A stretch of DNA of 63,216 bases, counting the filler, from Stramenopiles sp. TOSAG23-6 (lineage: Eukaryota): NCBI GenBank assembly GCA_900128565.1. It is 16 parts of 16 records of this genome, joined end to end, with 100 filler letters (N's around TTAATTAATTAA, not from the genome) between each part and the next. Parts side by side here need not be neighbours in the genome. Positions count along the whole stretch, not along the records: positions 31,743 to 35,596 come from LT637347.1; positions 35,697 to 39,545 come from LT637348.1; positions 39,646 to 43,494 come from LT637349.1; positions 43,595 to 47,443 come from LT637350.1; positions 47,544 to 51,390 come from LT637351.1; 11 more parts are not named here. One strand, given 5' to 3'. Numbering within the stretch: the stretch's first letter is position 1; every line of letters begins with the position of its first letter. The translations under genes were made by a program, and so were the position numbers. The notes beneath the pieces are model-generated. The model did not search any database and was not told the origin of the DNA. It saw only the letters and a list, made by a program, of their open reading frames with translations. Of the stretch, positions 34,322 through 48,406 are shown piece after piece.

Positions 34322-35170
34322 ATGAACAAGGTAATATTACTTCTTTTCGCTGTGTGTATTCAGCAAACATTGGGGTTAAAGAGAGATGGGCTCTTGATGA
34401 ATGCTTGGTGGAGGGGAAAAAAATGCAAGAATTCCAAAACAGAAGTAAGTTGTACTGAAACAAAACGGAGACGCAAATGCGGTTGGTGCGAAAGCGCGGG
34501 CAAATGTGTTGATGTTGAAACCATGGCGAAATGTGAAACATGCGAACTGGGCGAGAACTGTGACGGTTGCGGGGACGTCGACGAGGCAACAGAGAGATTC
34601 TGCAAAAAGGAAAAAGCGGGAATCGAACTAAGACTTGAAAGACAAAAAGAAATGGAGGAACACGAAAAAAGAAAACAATTAAGGGAAATTGAAGATGCAG
34701 AAGCCCTTGAAAAAGCTATAAAAAAAGGAAGAGAAGAAAGAAAAGCAAGAGACGCACAAAGGAATTGTACAAATGGAGTGGAATGCGAAAAAAATTGTGG
34801 TGATGATCAGGAAAAAATCAACAAATGCAAAAACGTACCCATGAAACGCAAACAAAGGAATTGTACAATTGGAGTGGAATGCGAAACAAATTGTGATGAT
34901 GATCAGGAAAAAATCAAATGCGAAAAGCAACACGAGATCAATCAGTGCAGCAGTGGCAAGGTGGACGACTGTAATGAATGCATAGATCTTACAGATCGTA
35001 AACGAAAAGAAACTTGTGAGAAGTGCAGAAAGGTCTCGTCCGACTGTGACGCAGAATGCAAAGATCTTTCAGACACTTGTTGGAAGAGTAAACAACGTGC
35101 GATAGCGGAACAAAAGCAAGAGGCAATACTGAAACATCAACAAGCGAGTCCCCAGCAGTACATTATGTGA
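34322..35170 (+). CDS. Secreted cysteine-rich protein with PSI-like motif and internal repeat
   Basis: Signal peptide MNKVILLLFAVC; CGWCESAGKC; RNCTxGVECExNCxDDQEKI twice. Confidence 0.75.
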   Translation: MNKVILLLFAVCIQQTLGLKRDGLLMNAWWRGKKCKNSKTEVSCTETKRRRKCGWCESAGKCVDVETMAKCETCELGENCDGCGDVDEATERFCKKEKAGIELRLERQKEMEEHEKRKQLREIEDAEALEKAIKKGREERKARDAQRNCTNGVECEKNCGDDQEKINKCKNVPMKRKQRNCTIGVECETNCDDDQEKIKCEKQHEINQCSSGKVDDCNECIDLTDRKRKETCEKCRKVSSDCDAECKDLSDTCWKSKQRAIAEQKQEAILKHQQASPQQYIM

Positions 35171-35696
35171 ACTGGGACAATTCTTGTTCTGAAACAGCAA
35201 GTATAGTGTTGCCAATTCCTAATTGAACACTAATATGACTATAATTTATATTCACAGGATGTGAAAATTTGAGTGAATATGAAGCATATTGCCACTGATT
35301 ACTAATATGACTATAATTTATATTCACAGGATGTGAAAATTTGATTGAATATAAAACATATTATCTGCCATTTTTTTCTTATTCATATCGATTCATATAT
35401 CCACGCTCAATTCTGATCCTTGAAGCAAGTCTCAAGACCAAGTGTTTGTGGGTGCAAAATAATATATATTTATATATAATATATATATAAGGAAGCTAAA
35501 TACGTTAAATTAGAAAAGTTTGAAGCTGTTTGAAGAGTCAGAGTGCTGTACGTATCTTTGGATTCCGTACCATTTTTTCATACCTAAAAAAATAAGNNNN
35601 NNNNNNNNNNNNNNNNNNNNNNNNNNNNNNNNNNNNNNNNTTAATTAATTAANNNNNNNNNNNNNNNNNNNNNNNNNNNNNNNNNNNNNNNNNNNN

Positions 35697-38558
35697 TTTT
35701 TTTTGTTTTTCAAGAGATAATATTATATCCATCTTACATTGTAGTTGATCTTGGAGCATTTTCAATTTATGCTTTTTGCTCTCAATAGTATTGTTAAATT
35801 CTGCCATTTGGGTTTCTCCTCTGTTAGTATCTAGTTGCATATTTGAAATCTTTTCTTTTTGGAATTCCGACTCATTTACTACTTCAATTAATGTTTCATT
35901 GGCTTTGGCGTTTTTAGTTCTCGCAGAATCCAAAGTTTCAATTAAAATTCGCAGCGAACTACGGAGTGACGATTCTGTCAAGTCTTCTCTTTTTATATCC
36001 TCAGATATGTTAATGATCTCAGCCTGTAAGTTCAAGATTACTGATGGATCACTTTTATCAATCCCCAGCTTGGTGAGATTCGACGAGACATTTTCAATAC
36101 TCTCTTTAAGAAATTTCAATGTTTGCTTTGAGCGTTCAACTTTCTCGGTCTTTTCTATAAGCATACTCTTTAATTGATAAATTTTATGTGTCTGAAATAA
36201 TGAATTTGATTTAAATTGTTCTTCTCTCTGCTGAAAATGTTGTTTCAGATGATATATTTCCTGTTGATCCAAATCAATATTGGACTGTGTTTGAATAGCA
36301 GAGTCTTCACGTTCTTCGATATGTTGTTTCGTAATCTGGTGTTGTTGTTGTACTTTGATCAATTGAGCGTTGTGTGAGTTTATCTCTGCAGATATTTCGG
36401 TAATTAGCTGTGATTGTCTTTTGCTTTTTGTCATTACTCGTGGAATGCTTTTAGAAAATACGTTACAAGCTTTTTGTATTTTTTCTATCTCAAGTTGGTG
36501 CGTTTTTGACATAAGGCGTCGATTGTGAATGTTTGTTTTCGTATCTACAATTTGTTCTCTCACTTTTTTGAATTTACTTTGTATTATCTTAGACATGTCT
36601 TCATTGCGTTTTTTGTTTTCTTCTAGTTTCTTTGTTTTGACCGCAATTTCTGAAAGTTCTTTGTGTGCCTCTGCAACTTCAAGCTGAGTTTTCTCCATTA
36701 ATGCAGTTCTTGCTTTTACCTTTTTATCAAATAATTTCTGTTTCATTCTTAATTGCATATTAAAGTTTTCTTTGAATTTTAAAAGGTCAATTATGTCATC
36801 TTCATACTTTGTTATACTTGATTGTAAATCACATGATTTTTGGAACATTTCATCTACTTCATCTTTAAGCTTTCTTGTACTTTCTTCGTGTTTCTGAGTC
36901 ACATGCATCTTCATAAGATCCATTGATTTATTCTCCGCAAAGACCTCGTTTAATTGCGAAGTCAAACATTCAACTGTCGCCTCAAGATCGCATAATTCAG
37001 CGTTTTGATTCGTTTCAATTTTATTCAATGCATTCATCTCGTCTCTCCATTCCTTACGTTGTAAGGATAGTTTAATGCGATGCTGCTCCCCATGCTTCTT
37101 TACCTTATCCAGCTTACGAGTGAGCAAAACTTTTCTTTCAGTATTTTCTTTAATTTGATCTTCTACTAGACTCATCTCTGTCTTTATTTCGTGTATTGAA
37201 AACTCATCATTTATGATTCCCTGCTTGTACATAGATATTTTCTCCTCTAGCTCTTTTATTTTTTTTTCTGTAAGGCTAATCTTACCTTTAAAGTTTGTAA
37301 TTTGATGCTGCAATTCGTCACATTCTTTCTTTAATTTTGAATCATCTGCGCATTTGTCATCCAGCTTTTCAATACTTTTTTGTCTTTGCATTTGAATGAT
37401 CTTAAAATTTGCAATCTTATCTTGTTCAGCTTTTATTTGTAGTTTGCATTCCATAATCTCCTCCCGCATTGAAAATATTTTTTGCATGTGGCATTCTTTG
37501 TCTGCCATCAACCTGTTTACGTTTTGCGTTTTTTCTATCACTGATGCAGAGATGTCGGCTTTTTGTTTCTGATTCTCGGCTAAGTTATTTGTTAATATTT
37601 TTATACGTTCTTTTGTAGCTTCTAACGATGCATTTGCCTCGTCTACAAGTTGCTTCGTATTTTCGATATCTTCACATGTCTTACGCGTTGTCTCAATAAG
37701 ATTTATATTCTTTGTTGAGATAATCTGTTTTTCCTTGGACCATTCACGTTTTTTCTGCAGAACATTATTTTGCATATCTTCACATACTTGCTTATCGAGT
37801 TTGAACTTTACAGTTGTATCTGCTACATCAGATTTGAGATTAGAAATCTCTTTAAGGAGAATTTCCATTTTTGATGTCCTTGTAGCTGCATCTGATTTGA
37901 AAGTTGTTTCCTCCTCGCGGAGTTTTGCAGATAACATTGAGGCCTCTGCGTACTTCAATTTGTTCTCCTCGCTCAATTTGTCTTTTACTGATATCCCATC
38001 ACGGATTTTGCGCTTCAACCCGTGAAGTTTTGTTTTTGTGATCTCCACAGCAACTTCTACGCTTTGAAGTATGTGAACTTCGTCCCTGAGATTTTTTTCT
38101 TTTTCAGAGATTTTTCGACGTGTTTTTAGAGTTTCTTTCTTTGCTTTTGAGTACTCCATATTTTTTTCTTTTATTATTCGTTTAATATTTCCTTCCAATG
38201 TTTGTAAGTTCACTAATTCTTTAGCAAGAAGAATTCTAGATTGTTTTTCTGTAATGAGCTGGTTTTCTATAAATTCAACTTCAGATTGGACTACGTTTCC
38301 TTTTTCTTCTAAAGTTTTGCATTTTATGTCACTTTGCAAAGCACTATGCTTAATGCGCCGCATAATAACATCATATGTTTTCAAATTCATATTACTTCCC
38401 GTGTCAATAACCTGTGTCGGTATTGGGCTATTGTTTGGTACGTTGAAAACATTTGTTTTTTTTGATGGAGTCGTCTTCATGTTTACACTNCATACCATGG
38501 ATGGATGTTCCTTTTGTATCCTCGCCTGTTTATCTTGGTATGTTTCAAATTTACTCAT
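35697..38558 (-). CDS. Long coiled-coil protein (3' truncated)
   Basis: Intronless ORF of more than 950 aa, K/E/L heptad-rich. Confidence 0.8.
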
Positions 38559-38858
38559 AGTGACAATTTACTGATATATGATCCTTGTCCTTATTTGTGG
38601 TTCCTGCGTTTAAAATTCTTCTCTTTCCTTTCTATATTATAAACATATGTAGATGGTACACATGGATTAAGGGGGGTACCGTTAGCCAAGGGGCAACAAA
38701 CAAAACCGTTGTATTATTTTTAACAGCTAAAATTAACGGTCGTCGTCCGAAATCGAGGTCAGGTCAACATCAACAGTTTGGCTCTGCTGCGGTCAAAACT
38801 CAAAACAAGAACAAAAGCAAAACATCACCAAAGAGCAACAAAAACAGTTAAAGTGAAA

Positions 38859-39368
38859 ATGCAAAGTAATGCTGAAGATGTTCGCGAATTTACAGCAGGC
38901 GCTGGTCAACCAACTCCGGATACTCCTGAATTGATGAATAAAACCGAAGTGAACTTTATCGGAAAGATGATTATTGATGAGTTACTTGAGCTTTTTTCGA
39001 CTCAGTATGGAGCTAAAGAGGCAAAGTCTATCTTGTCTGGTTTTGTTCAGAATGCCAAGGAACTGCCACAAATGCCTACAAATACTAAAGAAGAACGTCT
39101 GGAACAATTGGCAGAACAAGGTGATGCTTTAGTTGACATTTATTATTATTCTCTCAACGCTGCATGTAAAAAGGGAGTTAATCTCTCCTCAATTTTCAAC
39201 TGTGTCCACAAAGCAAATATGGCAAAGCGTGATCCAGCCACAGGAAAATTTCTCAAACGTGCTGATGGGAAAATTTTGAAGCCTGCTGGATGGAAAGCCC
39301 CAGATATTGCCGCAGAAATCCAAAGACAGTGTGATGAAGGGTCATTTGCAAAGCAAAACCAGTTATGA
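38859..39368 (+). CDS. MazG-like all-alpha NTP pyrophosphohydrolase (DR2231/PRA-PH-like)
   Basis: DVREF, DELLE, DALVDIYY, VHKANMAK, RADGKILKPAGWKAPD. Confidence 0.85.
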   Translation: MQSNAEDVREFTAGAGQPTPDTPELMNKTEVNFIGKMIIDELLELFSTQYGAKEAKSILSGFVQNAKELPQMPTNTKEERLEQLAEQGDALVDIYYYSLNAACKKGVNLSSIFNCVHKANMAKRDPATGKFLKRADGKILKPAGWKAPDIAAEIQRQCDEGSFAKQNQL

Positions 39369-39645
39369 TTATTTTTTTCTTAGGTACGAAATTCGGTACA
39401 AAAAAAAATGAAATTCATGGGTTAAGTGGTCCAAGGATCTGTGAAAGACAGATTTATCATATATACTATGAAATTGCAATGATTCCATAATATTATCTCT
39501 AATAAAAATTGACTTCAATCTATATTTTTATTATCTCTAATAAAANNNNNNNNNNNNNNNNNNNNNNNNNNNNNNNNNNNNNNNNNNNNTTAATTAATTA
39601 ANNNNNNNNNNNNNNNNNNNNNNNNNNNNNNNNNNNNNNNNNNNN

Positions 39646-42600
39646 TTTTTTTTGTTTTTCAAGAGATAATATTATATCCATCTTACATTGTAGTTGATCT
39701 TGGAGCATTTTCAATTTATGCTTTTTGCTCTCAATAGTATTGTTAAATTCTGCCATTTGGGTTTCTCCTCTGTTAGTATCTAGTTGCATATTTGAAATCT
39801 TTTCTTTTTGGAATTCCGACTCATTTACTACTTCAATTAATGTTTCATTGGCTTTGGCGTTTTTAGTTCTCGCAGAATCCAAAGTTTCAATTAAAATTCG
39901 CAGCGAACTACGGAGTGACGATTCTGTCAAGTCTTCTCTTTTTATATCCTCAGATATGTTAATGATCTCAGCCTGTAAGTTCAAGATTACTGATGGATCA
40001 CTTTTATCAATCCCCAGCTTGGTGAGATTCGACGAGACATTTTCAATACTCTCTTTAAGAAATTTCAATGTTTGCTTTGAGCGTTCAACTTTCTCGGTCT
40101 TTTCTATAAGCATACTCTTTAATTGATAAATTTTATGTGTCTGAAATAATGAATTTGATTTAAATTGTTCTTCTCTCTGCTGAAAATGTTGTTTCAGATG
40201 ATATATTTCCTGTTGATCCAAATCAATATTGGACTGTGTTTGAATAGCAGAGTCTTCACGTTCTTCGATATGTTGTTTCGTAATCTGGTGTTGTTGTTGT
40301 ACTTTGATCAATTGAGCGTTGTGTGAGTTTATCTCTGCAGATATTTCGGTAATTAGCTGTGATTGTCTTTTGCTTTTTGTCATTACTCGTGGAATGCTTT
40401 TAGAAAATACGTTACAAGCTTTTTGTATTTTTTCTATCTCAAGTTGGTGCGTTTTTGACATAAGGCGTCGATTGTGAATGTTTGTTTTCGTATCTACAAT
40501 TTGTTCTCTCACTTTTTTGAATTTACTTTGTATTATCTTAGACATGTCTTCATTGCGTTTTTTGTTTTCTTCTAGTTTCTTTGTTTTGACCGCAATTTCT
40601 GAAAGTTCTTTGTGTGCCTCTGCAACTTCAAGCTGAGTTTTCTCCATTAATGCAGTTCTTGCTTTTACCTTTTTATCAAATAATTTCTGTTTCATTCTTA
40701 ATTGCATATTAAAGTTTTCTTTGAATTTTAAAAGGTCAATTATGTCATCTTCATACTTTGTTATACTTGATTGTAAATCACATGATTTTTGGAACATTTC
40801 ATCTACTTCATCTTTAAGCTTTCTTGTACTTTCTTCGTGTTTCTGAGTCACATGCATCTTCATAAGATCCATTGATTTATTCTCCGCAAAGACCTCGTTT
40901 AATTGCGAAGTCAAACATTCAACTGTCGCCTCAAGATCGCATAATTCAGCGTTTTGATTCGTTTCAATTTTATTCAATGCATTCATCTCGTCTCTCCATT
41001 CCTTACGTTGTAAGGATAGTTTAATGCGATGCTGCTCCCCATGCTTCTTTACCTTATCCAGCTTACGAGTGAGCAAAACTTTTCTTTCAGTATTTTCTTT
41101 AATTTGATCTTCTACTAGACTCATCTCTGTCTTTATTTCGTGTATTGAAAACTCATCATTTATGATTCCCTGCTTGTACATAGATATTTTCTCCTCTAGC
41201 TCTTTTATTTTTTTTTCTGTAAGGCTAATCTTACCTTTAAAGTTTGTAATTTGATGCTGCAATTCGTCACATTCTTTCTTTAATTTTGAATCATCTGCGC
41301 ATTTGTCATCCAGCTTTTCAATACTTTTTTGTCTTTGCATTTGAATGATCTTAAAATTTGCAATCTTATCTTGTTCAGCTTTTATTTGTAGTTTGCATTC
41401 CATAATCTCCTCCCGCATTGAAAATATTTTTTGCATGTGGCATTCTTTGTCTGCCATCAACCTGTTTACGTTTTGCGTTTTTTCTATCACTGATGCAGAG
41501 ATGTCGGCTTTTTGTTTCTGATTCTCGGCTAAGTTATTTGTTAATATTTTTATACGTTCTTTTGTAGCTTCTAACGATGCATTTGCCTCGTCTACAAGTT
41601 GCTTCGTATTTTCGATATCTTCACATGTCTTACGCGTTGTCTCAATAAGATTTATATTCTTTGTTGAGATAATCTGTTTTTCCTTGGACCATTCACGTTT
41701 TTTCTGCAGAACATTATTTTGCATATCTTCACATACTTGCTTATCGAGTTTGAACTTTACAGTTGTATCTGCTACATCAGATTTGAGATTAGAAATCTCT
41801 TTAAGGAGAATTTCCATTTTTGATGTCCTTGTAGCTGCATCTGATTTGAAAGTTGTTTCCTCCTCGCGGAGTTTTGCAGATAACATTGAGGCCTCTGCGT
41901 ACTTCAATTTGTTCTCCTCGCTCAATTTGTCTTTTACTGATATCCCATCACGGATTTTGCGCTTCAACCCGTGAAGTTTTGTTTTTGTGATCTCCACAGC
42001 AACTTCTACGCTTTGAAGTATGTGAACTTCGTCCCTGAGATTTTTTTCTTTTTCAGAGATTTTTCGACGTGTTTTTAGAGTTTCTTTCTTTGCTTTTGAG
42101 TACTCCATATTTTTTTCTTTTATTATTCGTTTAATATTTCCTTCCAATGTTTGTAAGTTCACTAATTCTTTAGCAAGAAGAATTCTAGATTGTTTTTCTG
42201 TAATGAGCTGGTTTTCTATAAATTCAACTTCAGATTGGACTACGTTTCCTTTTTCTTCTAAAGTTTTGCATTTTATGTCACTTTGCAAAGCACTATGCTT
42301 AATGCGCCGCATAATAACATCATATGTTTTCAAATTCATATTACTTCCCGTGTCAATAACCTGTGTCGGTATTGGGCTATTGTTTGGTACGTTGAAAACA
42401 TTTGTTTTTTTTGATGGAGTCGTCTTCATGTTTACACTNCATACCATGGATGGATGTTCCTTTTGTATCCTCGCCTGTTTATCTTGGTATGTTTCAAATT
42501 TACTCATAGTGACAATTTACTGATATATGATCCTTGTCCTTATTTGTGGTTCCTGCGTTTAAAATTCTTCTCTTTCCTTTCTATATTATAAACATATGTA

Positions 42601-45600
42601 GATGGTACACATGGATTAAGGGGGGTACCGTTAGCCAAGGGGCAACAAACAAAACCGTTGTATTATTTTTAACAGCTAAAATTAACGGTCGTCGTCCGAA
42701 ATCGAGGTCAGGTCAACATCAACAGTTTGGCTCTGCTGCGGTCAAAACTCAAAACAAGAACAAAAGCAAAACATCACCAAAGAGCAACAAAAACAGTTAA
42801 AGTGAAAATGCAAAGTAATGCTGAAGATGTTCGCGAATTTACAGCAGGCGCTGGTCAACCAACTCCGGATACTCCTGAATTGATGAATAAAACCGAAGTG
42901 AACTTTATCGGAAAGATGATTATTGATGAGTTACTTGAGCTTTTTTCGACTCAGTATGGAGCTAAAGAGGCAAAGTCTATCTTGTCTGGTTTTGTTCAGA
43001 ATGCCAAGGAACTGCCACAAATGCCTACAAATACTAAAGAAGAACGTCTGGAACAATTGGCAGAACAAGGTGATGCTTTAGTTGACATTTATTATTATTC
43101 TCTCAACGCTGCATGTAAAAAGGGAGTTAATCTCTCCTCAATTTTCAACTGTGTCCACAAAGCAAATATGGCAAAGCGTGATCCAGCCACAGGAAAATTT
43201 CTCAAACGTGCTGATGGGAAAATTTTGAAGCCTGCTGGATGGAAAGCCCCAGATATTGCCGCAGAAATCCAAAGACAGTGTGATGAAGGGTCATTTGCAA
43301 AGCAAAACCAGTTATGATTATTTTTTTCTTAGGTACGAAATTCGGTACAAAAAAAAATGAAATTCATGGGTTAAGTGGTCCAAGGATCTGTGAAAGACAG
43401 ATTTATCATATATACTATGAAATTGCAATGATTCCATAATATTATCTCTAATAAAAATTGACTTCAATCTATATTTTTATTATCTCTAATAAAANNNNNN
43501 NNNNNNNNNNNNNNNNNNNNNNNNNNNNNNNNNNNNNNTTAATTAATTAANNNNNNNNNNNNNNNNNNNNNNNNNNNNNNNNNNNNNNNNNNNNTTTTTT
43601 TTGTTTTTCAAGAGATAATATTATATCCATCTTACATTGTAGTTGATCTTGGAGCATTTTCAATTTATGCTTTTTGCTCTCAATAGTATTGTTAAATTCT
43701 GCCATTTGGGTTTCTCCTCTGTTAGTATCTAGTTGCATATTTGAAATCTTTTCTTTTTGGAATTCCGACTCATTTACTACTTCAATTAATGTTTCATTGG
43801 CTTTGGCGTTTTTAGTTCTCGCAGAATCCAAAGTTTCAATTAAAATTCGCAGCGAACTACGGAGTGACGATTCTGTCAAGTCTTCTCTTTTTATATCCTC
43901 AGATATGTTAATGATCTCAGCCTGTAAGTTCAAGATTACTGATGGATCACTTTTATCAATCCCCAGCTTGGTGAGATTCGACGAGACATTTTCAATACTC
44001 TCTTTAAGAAATTTCAATGTTTGCTTTGAGCGTTCAACTTTCTCGGTCTTTTCTATAAGCATACTCTTTAATTGATAAATTTTATGTGTCTGAAATAATG
44101 AATTTGATTTAAATTGTTCTTCTCTCTGCTGAAAATGTTGTTTCAGATGATATATTTCCTGTTGATCCAAATCAATATTGGACTGTGTTTGAATAGCAGA
44201 GTCTTCACGTTCTTCGATATGTTGTTTCGTAATCTGGTGTTGTTGTTGTACTTTGATCAATTGAGCGTTGTGTGAGTTTATCTCTGCAGATATTTCGGTA
44301 ATTAGCTGTGATTGTCTTTTGCTTTTTGTCATTACTCGTGGAATGCTTTTAGAAAATACGTTACAAGCTTTTTGTATTTTTTCTATCTCAAGTTGGTGCG
44401 TTTTTGACATAAGGCGTCGATTGTGAATGTTTGTTTTCGTATCTACAATTTGTTCTCTCACTTTTTTGAATTTACTTTGTATTATCTTAGACATGTCTTC
44501 ATTGCGTTTTTTGTTTTCTTCTAGTTTCTTTGTTTTGACCGCAATTTCTGAAAGTTCTTTGTGTGCCTCTGCAACTTCAAGCTGAGTTTTCTCCATTAAT
44601 GCAGTTCTTGCTTTTACCTTTTTATCAAATAATTTCTGTTTCATTCTTAATTGCATATTAAAGTTTTCTTTGAATTTTAAAAGGTCAATTATGTCATCTT
44701 CATACTTTGTTATACTTGATTGTAAATCACATGATTTTTGGAACATTTCATCTACTTCATCTTTAAGCTTTCTTGTACTTTCTTCGTGTTTCTGAGTCAC
44801 ATGCATCTTCATAAGATCCATTGATTTATTCTCCGCAAAGACCTCGTTTAATTGCGAAGTCAAACATTCAACTGTCGCCTCAAGATCGCATAATTCAGCG
44901 TTTTGATTCGTTTCAATTTTATTCAATGCATTCATCTCGTCTCTCCATTCCTTACGTTGTAAGGATAGTTTAATGCGATGCTGCTCCCCATGCTTCTTTA
45001 CCTTATCCAGCTTACGAGTGAGCAAAACTTTTCTTTCAGTATTTTCTTTAATTTGATCTTCTACTAGACTCATCTCTGTCTTTATTTCGTGTATTGAAAA
45101 CTCATCATTTATGATTCCCTGCTTGTACATAGATATTTTCTCCTCTAGCTCTTTTATTTTTTTTTCTGTAAGGCTAATCTTACCTTTAAAGTTTGTAATT
45201 TGATGCTGCAATTCGTCACATTCTTTCTTTAATTTTGAATCATCTGCGCATTTGTCATCCAGCTTTTCAATACTTTTTTGTCTTTGCATTTGAATGATCT
45301 TAAAATTTGCAATCTTATCTTGTTCAGCTTTTATTTGTAGTTTGCATTCCATAATCTCCTCCCGCATTGAAAATATTTTTTGCATGTGGCATTCTTTGTC
45401 TGCCATCAACCTGTTTACGTTTTGCGTTTTTTCTATCACTGATGCAGAGATGTCGGCTTTTTGTTTCTGATTCTCGGCTAAGTTATTTGTTAATATTTTT
45501 ATACGTTCTTTTGTAGCTTCTAACGATGCATTTGCCTCGTCTACAAGTTGCTTCGTATTTTCGATATCTTCACATGTCTTACGCGTTGTCTCAATAAGAT

Positions 45601-47443
45601 TTATATTCTTTGTTGAGATAATCTGTTTTTCCTTGGACCATTCACGTTTTTTCTGCAGAACATTATTTTGCATATCTTCACATACTTGCTTATCGAGTTT
45701 GAACTTTACAGTTGTATCTGCTACATCAGATTTGAGATTAGAAATCTCTTTAAGGAGAATTTCCATTTTTGATGTCCTTGTAGCTGCATCTGATTTGAAA
45801 GTTGTTTCCTCCTCGCGGAGTTTTGCAGATAACATTGAGGCCTCTGCGTACTTCAATTTGTTCTCCTCGCTCAATTTGTCTTTTACTGATATCCCATCAC
45901 GGATTTTGCGCTTCAACCCGTGAAGTTTTGTTTTTGTGATCTCCACAGCAACTTCTACGCTTTGAAGTATGTGAACTTCGTCCCTGAGATTTTTTTCTTT
46001 TTCAGAGATTTTTCGACGTGTTTTTAGAGTTTCTTTCTTTGCTTTTGAGTACTCCATATTTTTTTCTTTTATTATTCGTTTAATATTTCCTTCCAATGTT
46101 TGTAAGTTCACTAATTCTTTAGCAAGAAGAATTCTAGATTGTTTTTCTGTAATGAGCTGGTTTTCTATAAATTCAACTTCAGATTGGACTACGTTTCCTT
46201 TTTCTTCTAAAGTTTTGCATTTTATGTCACTTTGCAAAGCACTATGCTTAATGCGCCGCATAATAACATCATATGTTTTCAAATTCATATTACTTCCCGT
46301 GTCAATAACCTGTGTCGGTATTGGGCTATTGTTTGGTACGTTGAAAACATTTGTTTTTTTTGATGGAGTCGTCTTCATGTTTACACTNCATACCATGGAT
46401 GGATGTTCCTTTTGTATCCTCGCCTGTTTATCTTGGTATGTTTCAAATTTACTCATAGTGACAATTTACTGATATATGATCCTTGTCCTTATTTGTGGTT
46501 CCTGCGTTTAAAATTCTTCTCTTTCCTTTCTATATTATAAACATATGTAGATGGTACACATGGATTAAGGGGGGTACCGTTAGCCAAGGGGCAACAAACA
46601 AAACCGTTGTATTATTTTTAACAGCTAAAATTAACGGTCGTCGTCCGAAATCGAGGTCAGGTCAACATCAACAGTTTGGCTCTGCTGCGGTCAAAACTCA
46701 AAACAAGAACAAAAGCAAAACATCACCAAAGAGCAACAAAAACAGTTAAAGTGAAAATGCAAAGTAATGCTGAAGATGTTCGCGAATTTACAGCAGGCGC
46801 TGGTCAACCAACTCCGGATACTCCTGAATTGATGAATAAAACCGAAGTGAACTTTATCGGAAAGATGATTATTGATGAGTTACTTGAGCTTTTTTCGACT
46901 CAGTATGGAGCTAAAGAGGCAAAGTCTATCTTGTCTGGTTTTGTTCAGAATGCCAAGGAACTGCCACAAATGCCTACAAATACTAAAGAAGAACGTCTGG
47001 AACAATTGGCAGAACAAGGTGATGCTTTAGTTGACATTTATTATTATTCTCTCAACGCTGCATGTAAAAAGGGAGTTAATCTCTCCTCAATTTTCAACTG
47101 TGTCCACAAAGCAAATATGGCAAAGCGTGATCCAGCCACAGGAAAATTTCTCAAACGTGCTGATGGGAAAATTTTGAAGCCTGCTGGATGGAAAGCCCCA
47201 GATATTGCCGCAGAAATCCAAAGACAGTGTGATGAAGGGTCATTTGCAAAGCAAAACCAGTTATGATTATTTTTTTCTTAGGTACGAAATTCGGTACAAA
47301 AAAAAATGAAATTCATGGGTTAAGTGGTCCAAGGATCTGTGAAAGACAGATTTATCATATATACTATGAAATTGCAATGATTCCATAATATTATCTCTAA
47401 TAAAAATTGACTTCAATCTATATTTTTATTATCTCTAATAAAA
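39646..47443. repeat. Two redundant copies of contig 35697-39545 (39646-43494 and 43595-47443)
   Basis: Same length (3849), identical ORF translations, same single ambiguous base at 38490, 42439 and 46388. Confidence 0.97.
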
Positions 47444-47543
47444 NNNNNNNNNNNNNNNNNNNNNNNNNNNNNNNNNNNNNNNNNNNNTTAATTAATTAAN
47501 NNNNNNNNNNNNNNNNNNNNNNNNNNNNNNNNNNNNNNNNNNN

Positions 47544-48406
47544 TGGTAGATGCCGATAGTATAGAGAGATCAGTGAATCGGGGTGTGACTATTCTTAACA
47601 TAGTTCATTCAGATGTAAGCTACGGAAATATATTTGTGCACAGAACAACCCAATCGGATGGTACAGTTATATGGAATGGCTATGTTGGCGATCTTGGTTT
47701 GGCAAAATCAGTAGGTTACCAGAGACCGGTTTCCGATCTATACATTCAGGCCACTCGAGAATTCGCCAGCCCAGAAGTATTTCTACGTGAACCTTACACA
47801 GCAAAAAGCGATATATACAGTTTAACTTCCGTCATTGCTGATTGTGCTGGTACATTATCAGTACAAGAAATACCAGTAGAAAAAGCCGGATTTAGTGGAA
47901 GAAAAACAAAGACGCTAAGAAGATGCAGTACGATTGATAAATATGGCTTCTGGGGAAACTTTGATGGACTTATTCCTCGCAAGAAAAAAACCGAGGACGA
48001 AGACTACAAGAAGTTTGGTATGACCTACATAAAAGAACACGATTATATTTACGTTTTATTGAGTAAACTAGGTGACAAGAAATTCTGTGATCGTTTCGCT
48101 AATAATTTCAGCAAGGATCCAAGCAAAAGGGAATATTTATGGGATGAGGATGTACTCTACCGGACATCAACTGATAATGAAGCTAAATCTGATACAGGAA
48201 ACATTACCGTTGGTCAGCCAACGTCACCTGTTCCACCTGCTGCAGTGAATCTAGAAACTGATCAAAGATTAACACCACAAGACTCGGAGGAGGATGCACG
48301 CTACCGATCACCAAGGCCAGATGTTTCATCTGTTGAAGTGGAGGGAAAACAAAATCTGCCACCTGTTCCACCTGCTGTAGCAGGGGTAGAAATGATCCAA
48401 GGTTAA
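47544..48406 (+). CDS. Protein kinase, C-terminal part
   Basis: IVHSDVSYGNI, VGDLGLA, TREFASPE, KSDIYSL. Confidence 0.85.

Noticed and set aside
35697-47443. Apparent triplication or gene amplification
   Set aside because: Three copies of one contig sharing even the same ambiguous base.
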